From contig NW_021828824.1 in assembly GCF_006345805.1 (NCBI RefSeq), positions 1 to 7,489 of the forward strand: a stretch of DNA of 7,489 nucleotides, given 5' to 3'. Both the position numbers and the translations under genes were made by a program. The DNA is from Octopus sinensis (lineage: Eukaryota). Below, one piece after another: positions 1-6,016 of the stretch. Under the pieces are notes generated by a model. That model searched no databases, was not told the DNA's origin, and was given only the letters and a program-made list of their open reading frames with translations. Each line of letters begins with the position of its first letter. Position 1 is the stretch's first letter.

Positions 1-882
1 GTTGTCATACAAGGGGGTATTGTAACATATTCCCACCACTGTATGACAATATGTTGTATAACAAGAGACGGCAACAGAAATGATGTTCGTTGCTCATCTT
101 CTGTCACTGATTTTACCAGAATCAGTGAAGACACAGTCCTGGCCACCCTCCCATTTCGAAAGATGATTCTTATTATCAACCCTTTAAGTTTGAGAATCAA
201 AAGAATTCAGCTAGGATTAATCTTGGTTTCTTATTTGGAACATTCTACGCTTATAGGTGTAGAAATGTTTGGTCGGACCATATACGTCATTGACTGGGAA
301 GAGAATAGAATAAAATACGAATTCATAACCAAAGAAACCCCTTCAGATATTGCTGTAGGAGCACAAAATAAACTTTTAGTATCCTTTTCCAATATTAACA
401 GGGTTACCTGTTACAATGTGGATGGTCAGCAGGTATTTGAGGTGGATACCAATTCCCTGGACATTCCAAGCCACATCTCTGTGTACCAAAACCATTTTTA
501 TGTCCTTCAGGGACATATTATTTATCGGATATCAGGTACAGGTGCTGTGACAACAAGAGAAATTGGCATGAAATGCCGCCATATTTCTGTTGGCAAAGAA
601 AACATTTTTGTAACCGATTATTTTGATGTCCTTCATATCATTGGAACAAATGAAGACTTTTGGCCCAGGCAGTCATATAACCACCAGCTATGGACCCCAA
701 AATTGAACAACTATATTTATATTGAGGATTGCTACAATGTTACTAATATTCTACCTATGTCTACATCTTCTATATTAATATTCTACAGGAATAATAAAGC
801 TATATTATTCACTGAGACTGGAGAAATAATTAACCAAAATAATTCAACTTCCCTGAGATTCCTTCTTGCTTTTGTAGAATAA
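1..882 (+). CDS. 5' fragment of a tandem NHL-like beta-propeller protein (unit A and start of unit B); 5'-truncated by the window
   Basis: Frame +1 has no stop from base 1 (VVIQGGIVTYSHHC) to TAA 880-882, so ATG 43 need not be the start. It contains NHL-like blades PSDIAVGAQNKLLVSFSNINRVTCYNVDGQ, PSHISVYQNHFYV and ISVGKENIFVTD. VTDFTRISEDTVLATLPFRKMILII aligns without gaps to ATDICRWDSNHIGVTLPLQKQLRVI in the downstream ORF. Confidence 0.75.
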   Translation, partial: VVIQGGIVTYSHHCMTICCITRDGNRNDVRCSSSVTDFTRISEDTVLATLPFRKMILIINPLSLRIKRIQLGLILVSYLEHSTLIGVEMFGRTIYVIDWEENRIKYEFITKETPSDIAVGAQNKLLVSFSNINRVTCYNVDGQQVFEVDTNSLDIPSHISVYQNHFYVLQGHIIYRISGTGAVTTREIGMKCRHISVGKENIFVTDYFDVLHIIGTNEDFWPRQSYNHQLWTPKLNNYIYIEDCYNVTNILPMSTSSILIFYRNNKAILFTETGEIINQNNSTSLRFLLAFVE

Positions 883-950
883 ATTCTAAAGGATTTCTGG
901 TGTTTTACCATGAAAACAAAGAATTTCAGTGTATCACATGCCCTGGCTAA
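843..950 (+). other. Frame +3 coding bridge between the two annotated ORFs (frameshifted segment of the same gene)
   Basis: Bases 843-947 translate FNFPEIPSCFCRINSKGFLVFYHENKEFQCITCPG, then TAA 948-950. The first 31 aa align without gaps to unit C LSLPSTATDICRWDSNHIGVTLPLQKQLRVI, sharing P, C, R, S, V, K and I plus conservative hydrophobic positions. Confidence 0.75.
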
Positions 951-3900
951 TGAAAGGCCCTTTAATGAAAGTCCATACTGATTACATTGAACTATGTCAT
1001 GTTGTATCAAATAAGTGTTTAGCTCTAACCACAAGTGGAAACAAAAGCGAGGTCCATATCCTATTGATCCACGAAGATAAAGTTGACATTGCAGAAAGAA
1101 TTTCTCTGAGACATCATAATGTCAGCATTGCTGCAACTCCAATTAATTTTGTAGTCGTAGATGGAAACGAAAATAAAATGGTATTTTATTCCACATGTGG
1201 TGAAGAACTTTTTCAAAAATACCTTCCATTCTATGGCCACCCTCATCACATTTACTCTGATAATGTTTATTTCTATGTCCTCTTCAGGAGACACTCTATT
1301 CTCAGATGTTACGATCTATATGGACAAATGAAATGGCAGTGGGAACTGCCTTTCCCTGTTCACCCTCACATTGCTGTTTTCCAAGGAACTCTTTATGTCC
1401 CGGACACTCAACTCAACAGGGTTCTTCTTTACAAGTATCAAGACCGGTCGTCTGGCTGTCTTTTACCCATTAAAAATCCTTATATCAGAAATCTAAATCT
1501 ACGACTCAAAGAAAAGGAGAATGACCAAAAACTTGTCATTGGCGAAATATGTAATCTGTCCAATGGACAGTTGGTGGTGTCTGACATCAACCATGATTGC
1601 TTGTTGTACATTTCTGAGGAAGGAGACATTGTGTCCAGATTATCTCTGCCGTCTACAGCCACAGATATATGTCGATGGGATTCTAATCATATAGGGGTCA
1701 CATTACCCCTACAGAAACAATTAAGGGTCATCGGAAACCTATCAAAGAGAGTGAGAAGTGTATCATTAAGGCAGCCTTATGTACGGGTGTGTAAGATGGG
1801 TGAATGTGAAATTGTTTGTTATTGTGATAAACCATCACATTTAGACATTTTAGCCATCAATTATTATAATCAAGTCGAAGTAATTAAGACAATTAATATC
1901 CCTGTGTTTGTGAAATCATTATCAGTAGACAAGGAAACAGAAAAGCTATTAATTGTTACTAGGGAAAAAGCTTTTCAGTACAACACTAGAATAGGTGGTG
2001 GTGGTCATGGCAGTGCACGTCGTCAGAGTGGTGGAAGTGATGGTAGTATTAGTAGTGGTGATGGTAGTATTAGTAGTAGAGATGGTAGTATTAGTAGTAA
2101 TGATGGTAGTATTAGTAGTAGAGATGGTAGTATTAAGTCTAAAATAAAAGCTTTCTTCACGCTCTTTTGTTGTGGTGGTCATCGTCGTCCTCTTCCTGGT
2201 GATGGTCATCATCGTCCTCTTCGTGGTGGTGGTCATCATCGTCGTCGTCTTCATGGTGGTAAAACTAGATATCGTTATGTTAGTAAAACTAAGATGGTCC
2301 CCAGTGTTTTAATGTCCCAAGTGAAACGTCCCCTCAGTCTCCAAGGTGGATCTATTGACCAAATGTCTGTTTATCTGATAGACAGAAGCCGTATGTTTGC
2401 CATAAACGATCAGAATTTGTTGGTTAATGATCTCGTTACTAATAATCAACTTAATTATTATATCGACCTGGTGGATGTATTTTCCAGACACATTTCTCTC
2501 AGTGAAATGTTGTCTTCCACTTTATATCTACAGGACCTGACAGTTTCTGATAAAGCCAGACATATTCCTCTCCCTAAACATTTGGGAGACAAAGAACCAG
2601 CGGAGATTGGTCGTTTGGTTCTTACTGAAAATAATCTGATCGCAGGATGGGACTGGGAGAATGGAAACATTAAGATATTCACATTGGATGGTCAGCTTTT
2701 GGATTCAATCAAAGTGAATGTTTATTATTATATTAAAATGTGTCGATGGCAGTCAAACACACTGGTCATTACAAACTGGGATCGTTTTAATAAATCCCAA
2801 CTGTGGACATTAAAAGTGGAATTTCCATTGTCGTTGGTAATTTACCAAACGAGAAATAATTATAAATGTGTGGCTTCTTTATCAAATAATCAACTGGTTT
2901 TGAGTGAAGAGAGAGATGGAAGACATTTGCATTTTGTTGATATTGATGAAATACATTCGAGTGTGAAGGAAATAAAAAAAATAGACATACCTGAATCATT
3001 AATATTGAGAGACGAAGATGGAGATTATTTTGGTACAATCCATGATATTAAAGTTACTGATGAAGATGTCATCATTGTCTTCAACTGGAGATTCATCATT
3101 TTCTTCAACAGTGGTGGTCAATATTTACATTCAGTCAGACACTACATGGATTATTTTAGTGTTGAAGACAGGATGACAATTGATGACAGTTTTTTGTACA
3201 TTTATGGTGACTGGGAGAAATGTTTTAGTTCATCTGGATATCGAAACATTTTGTGTTTGACCCAGAATGGGGAATACAAGAGAATATTTTTAAATGAAAG
3301 AATTTATAAAGATGAAGTAGAATTCTCCAGTATAGACTGTAAAGGACCAAGGTTTGTTGGAAGCCTCTGGGGGAATGAATTGTATGTTGAAGGGTTGTTT
3401 ATGGTGAATCGAGACAGCTTCCCGGTTGCTCGTTTACAAACAGACGAATGTCCTGTTCAAGTAAAAGATTTTGATGTCTCTGAGGAAGGAAAGACAGTTG
3501 TGTGTGAAAAAGCCAATAATGGAAATGTTAAAATATTCGATGAAGACGGCCAGTTGCTACGTCACAGAAATGTTGCAAGTTTAGTTGGTGGTGTGTGTTT
3601 TACACAAGAATCACACATAATGGCCACGGTTCCTAAAAGGAAAGAAATATTTCAACTGAATGGAGAAGATTTGCAGACATCTCAAGTTTGGTCGAGTCTC
3701 ATCCCTTATGGTGTAATATGGAGAAAAGTGGCGGGTATTTACTGGTGTGTACATAATGAATTGATTGAATGTCATTGCATAAAGATTGATGGGGACCAAG
3801 TGAACATTCTGGAATCTGTGTCGTCATTAAATCTTGATTCTGGTCTTCGTTTCCCTTCCATTACATCTGAAACGAACAAGGAAATATTCAGTAAGGAATT

Positions 3901-5077
3901 AATTAATAAATTGGAATACAGAGGAGGAGATGGAGGAGGAAGAAGAAGAGGTAAATCAGGTGAAATAATTGGTAAAGGTAGATTAAAGGTGAGATGTGGT
4001 AATTACATAGCGGAGATTAATAATTCAGGAATTGATGAAATATCAGTGAGGAGACTTCCATATAGGACAGCAATGGTCCCTTTTTCCATTCCTGCATTCG
4101 AGGAACCTCTTGATTATGATTTCAGGGACATTAGGGACCGGAACAGTAAACTAATTAAGTTAGATGAGAATGTGAGTGTGTTGATGTTTCGAGAAAGTGT
4201 CACATTAATCAGAACAACAACAACAACAGTGGACATACTTCAACATGAACAACAACAACGACCACCACTGGACATATGTCGGTGGACAGAGGAATGTTTC
4301 ATTGTCGCCTTTGGGAGAGAAATGAGGGTCTTCAACAGGGATCTCCGTCGTTTAAAAACCATCAGAACTGAGAAATACTACAACAGGATTTATAAATACA
4401 ACGACAATCAACTCGTGTGTGGTGGTCATTATATTAGAGACATAACTCAAGAAGAGAGACACAAGAAATACAGAACAACATGGGAGAACAACAAGGATTA
4501 CTATTTTTGCAAAGACCCCAAAATCTTTGACCCTTATTATGTGGATGTGGTTGATTTTGAAGATGGGAAATGTAAAGATGAAGTGTGTCGTGGGAAGATG
4601 AGGAGATGGGGAAGGTTGGAGGGAGATGAAGGGGTGTTGGATGGTGTGGGAGTCACATCTTTTGGTGATGTTGTTGTTGTGAGGAGGAAGATGAAGAAGG
4701 AGTTTGGAATTTGGGGAGTTTATTGTTTTGTGGAATGGTTCAGGGAAAAGTCTTTGGTGAGGAGGATAAGAATAAAAGAAATATTTATTGGTCTGGAATG
4801 TTATATTCCAAGACCTCGTCTGACCATAATTGGTGAATGTGTTTATATAACAGATACAATAAACAATATTTACGAAATACCTGGACATATTGAAGAGGAA
4901 ACATCTGAAGATGATGAAATCCTGGGATTAAAATATTATCCAAAATATTTACTCCTCAGAGGGGGTGATAATGAAGTCTTGGAAGTTCTTGGTTTGGATG
5001 TTTCAGACAATTCTTTGATGGTTTTTGGAATTATTCCTGGACGTCAACCTTTTGCTTTCTTTTATTTTGACAAATAA
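929..5077 (+). CDS. Large intronless multi-beta-propeller (NHL-like/TolB-like six-bladed) repeat protein, units B-F; resembles the C-terminal domain of mollusc TRIM/B-box-like proteins
   Basis: 1382-codon open frame. Recurrent unit-start motif: IGEICNLSNGQLVVSDINHDCLLYISEEGDIVSRLSLPSTATDICRW (1538), IGRLVLTENNLIAGWDWENGNIKIFTLDGQLL...MCRW (2606), VKDFDVSEEGKTVVCEKANNGNVKIFDEDGQLL...GVCF (3461) and ...PLDICRWTEECFIVAF (4271). Alternating hydrophobic beta-strand pattern throughout. GTG 929 is probably not a true start because homology continues upstream in other frames. Confidence 0.85.
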   Translation: MYHMPWLMKGPLMKVHTDYIELCHVVSNKCLALTTSGNKSEVHILLIHEDKVDIAERISLRHHNVSIAATPINFVVVDGNENKMVFYSTCGEELFQKYLPFYGHPHHIYSDNVYFYVLFRRHSILRCYDLYGQMKWQWELPFPVHPHIAVFQGTLYVPDTQLNRVLLYKYQDRSSGCLLPIKNPYIRNLNLRLKEKENDQKLVIGEICNLSNGQLVVSDINHDCLLYISEEGDIVSRLSLPSTATDICRWDSNHIGVTLPLQKQLRVIGNLSKRVRSVSLRQPYVRVCKMGECEIVCYCDKPSHLDILAINYYNQVEVIKTINIPVFVKSLSVDKETEKLLIVTREKAFQYNTRIGGGGHGSARRQSGGSDGSISSGDGSISSRDGSISSNDGSISSRDGSIKSKIKAFFTLFCCGGHRRPLPGDGHHRPLRGGGHHRRRLHGGKTRYRYVSKTKMVPSVLMSQVKRPLSLQGGSIDQMSVYLIDRSRMFAINDQNLLVNDLVTNNQLNYYIDLVDVFSRHISLSEMLSSTLYLQDLTVSDKARHIPLPKHLGDKEPAEIGRLVLTENNLIAGWDWENGNIKIFTLDGQLLDSIKVNVYYYIKMCRWQSNTLVITNWDRFNKSQLWTLKVEFPLSLVIYQTRNNYKCVASLSNNQLVLSEERDGRHLHFVDIDEIHSSVKEIKKIDIPESLILRDEDGDYFGTIHDIKVTDEDVIIVFNWRFIIFFNSGGQYLHSVRHYMDYFSVEDRMTIDDSFLYIYGDWEKCFSSSGYRNILCLTQNGEYKRIFLNERIYKDEVEFSSIDCKGPRFVGSLWGNELYVEGLFMVNRDSFPVARLQTDECPVQVKDFDVSEEGKTVVCEKANNGNVKIFDEDGQLLRHRNVASLVGGVCFTQESHIMATVPKRKEIFQLNGEDLQTSQVWSSLIPYGVIWRKVAGIYWCVHNELIECHCIKIDGDQVNILESVSSLNLDSGLRFPSITSETNKEIFSKELINKLEYRGGDGGGRRRGKSGEIIGKGRLKVRCGNYIAEINNSGIDEISVRRLPYRTAMVPFSIPAFEEPLDYDFRDIRDRNSKLIKLDENVSVLMFRESVTLIRTTTTTVDILQHEQQQRPPLDICRWTEECFIVAFGREMRVFNRDLRRLKTIRTEKYYNRIYKYNDNQLVCGGHYIRDITQEERHKKYRTTWENNKDYYFCKDPKIFDPYYVDVVDFEDGKCKDEVCRGKMRRWGRLEGDEGVLDGVGVTSFGDVVVVRRKMKKEFGIWGVYCFVEWFREKSLVRRIRIKEIFIGLECYIPRPRLTIIGECVYITDTINNIYEIPGHIEEETSEDDEILGLKYYPKYLLLRGGDNEVLEVLGLDVSDNSLMVFGIIPGRQPFAFFYFDK
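2039..2134 (+). repeat. Coding 21-bp minisatellite, ~4.6 copies, encoding (DGSISS[G/R/N/R])n
   Basis: gatggtagtattagtagtNNN starts at 2039, 2060, 2081 and 2102, with a partial copy at 2123. The 18-nt core is identical in the four full copies. Confidence 0.95.
2174..2260 (+). repeat. Coding ~27-bp repeat, 3 copies, encoding G[G/D]GH[H/R]R[P/R]L
   Basis: ggtggtcatcgtcgtcctcttcctggt / gatggtcatcatcgtcctcttcgtggt / ggtggtcatcatcgtcgtcgtcttcatggt. Every codon ends in T. Confidence 0.85.
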
Positions 5078-5078
5078 A
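5073..5078 (+). promoter_or_regulatory. Candidate polyadenylation signal AATAAA overlapping the stop codon (variant ATTAAA at 5092-5097)
   Basis: GAC AAA TAA A gives AATAAA at 5073-5078, followed by a T/GT-rich tract at 5104-5136. Such hexamers are common by chance in AT-rich DNA. Confidence 0.3.
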
Positions 5079-5103
5079 TATTTCCAGAAATATTAAACTT
5101 CAA

Positions 5104-5136
5104 TCTTCTTCTTCTTCTTATTGTTCTTGTTGTTGT
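5104..5136. repeat. (CTT)n/(GTT)n short compound microsatellite
   Basis: tcttcttcttcttcttattgttcttgttgttg. Confidence 0.8.
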
Positions 5137-5139
5137 AAA

Positions 5140-5177
5140 TGGCTTCGCCCGGGAATCGAACCTGCATCGCATTCTAC
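5140..5177 (-). other. Decayed tRNA-like fragment (tRNA pseudogene or tRNA-derived SINE head remnant)
   Basis: The minus strand reads GTAGAATGC-GATGCA-GGTTCGATTCCCGG-GCGAAGCCA. It has a perfect Pol III B-box/T-loop GGTTCGATTCC (plus strand 5152-5162) and a D-arm-like GTAGAATGC, but no anticodon arm and no 5' acceptor strand. Confidence 0.5.
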
Positions 5178-5205
5178 ACACTTATTGTTGTAACATTCCT
5201 CAACA

Positions 5206-5384
5206 CTCTCTCTTTGTGTGTGTGTGTATATTTATATACAGTATATATACATGTGTTTATATATATATACACACATATTTAGGAATGTATGTATAGAAAT
5301 AAGGCTATAAATATGTATGTTTGTGTGTGTGTGTATATACGCATGTATATATATATATATATATATATGCTTGCATGTATGTAT
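5206..5384. repeat. Compound (TG)n/(TA)n/(TATG)n microsatellite
   Basis: Runs such as tgtgtgtgtgtg, tatatatatatatatatatat and atgtatgtat. Confidence 0.9.
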
Positions 5385-5448
5385 AGGAATGTCTGGTCCG
5401 AAAGCAGAGACTTTCATAATCATTGATTCTCCATTAAAAGGCAGACGA

Positions 5449-5537
5449 CCACCGCCGCCGTCTCCGTCGTCGTCGTCGTCGTCGTCGCCGTCGTGGTGGT
5501 CGTCGTCGTCTCCGCCGTCGTGGTCGTGGTCGTCATC

Positions 5538-5569
<32 letters not shown>

Positions 5570-5864
5570 CGTCGTCGTCATCATCACCATCATCGTCATC
5601 ATCATCATCATCGTCGTCATCATCATCATCATCGTCATCATCGTCGTCGTCGTCATCATCATCACCATCATCGTCATCATCATTATCATCGTCGTCGTCA
5701 TCATCATCGTCATCATCGTCATCATCATCATCAGCATCGTCGTCGTCATCATCATCATAATGATCATCATATCGTCGTCATCATCATCATCATCACCATC
5801 ATCATCATCGTCATAATCACCATCATCATCATCATCGTCGTCATCATCATCATCGTCGTCATCA
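5449..5864. repeat. ~415-bp compound trinucleotide microsatellite (CCG/TCG/TGG grading into TCA/TCG)
   Basis: Near-continuous 3-nt periodicity. It explains the poly-Ser (5317..5760), poly-Ile/Val (5493..5816) and poly-Met/Thr (5420..5770) ORFs. Confidence 0.97.
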
Positions 5865-5865
5865 G

Positions 5866-6016
5866 CGTTGTGTGTGCGTGTGTGCAGTCTGCATCTGACA
5901 GTTTTTAACGTTTAATAAGAATAGATTGTTGTTGTTGTTGCAGTGACATTCCAACTGCACACACGCACAAACATTGCCTTTCGTCCTCGTAGGGTTGTTG
6001 TTGTTGTTGTTGGTGG
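5866..6016. repeat. Cluster of short (TG)n, (CA)n and (GTT)n microsatellites
   Basis: gttgtgtgtgcgtgtgtg (5867), ttgttgttgttgttg (5926), cacacacgcaca (5957) and gttgttgttgttgttgttggtgg (5994). Confidence 0.8.

Larger units (their letters stand above)
1..5077 (+). pseudogene. Alternative reading: the whole ~1,690+ aa gene is disrupted by a frameshift cluster at 840-947
   Basis: The frame goes +1 to +3 to +2 within ~110 bp while repeat homology is continuous. The sequence alone cannot separate assembly indels from real lesions. The remaining ~4.1 kb is stop-free, which argues against old pseudogenisation. Confidence 0.3.

Noticed and set aside
874-929. Small 56-nt GT..AG intron between the ORFs
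   Set aside because: The phase-0 join enters frame +3 and stops at TAA 948; it does not reach the long ORF.
834-950. Programmed ribosomal frameshifting or A-to-I stop recoding linking the two ORFs
   Set aside because: No X XXY YYZ slippery heptamer or clear downstream structure was seen, two successive shifts would be needed, and A-to-I editing cannot change frame.
783-4888. Minus-strand ORFs overlapping the large gene (783..1034, 1061..1294, 1480..1662, 1949..2254, 2309..2491, 2458..2682, 2787..3038, 3611..3799, 4352..4888)
   Set aside because: Antisense shadows of the plus-strand CDS with no recognisable motifs. 1949..2254 is the coding minisatellite read backwards, and 4352..4888 stays open partly because the C-poor patch lacks CTA/TCA triplets.
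1-5077. Assigning a gene symbol such as TRIM2/TRIM3/TRIM71/brat, or calling WD40 repeats
   Set aside because: No RING, B-box or filamin domain is visible in the window and similarity is only at motif level. GH/WD dipeptide periodicity is absent.
5140-5177. Functional tRNA gene
   Set aside because: No anticodon arm, no 5' acceptor strand, and the T-stem pairs poorly (GCAGG/CCCGG).
5317-5816. Poly-Ser (5317..5760 +), poly-Ile/Val (5493..5816 +) and poly-Met/Thr (5420..5770 -) ORFs
   Set aside because: They are different frames of the same TCA/TCG microsatellite, which lacks stops by construction; the poly-Ser ORF also starts in (TA/TG)n sequence.
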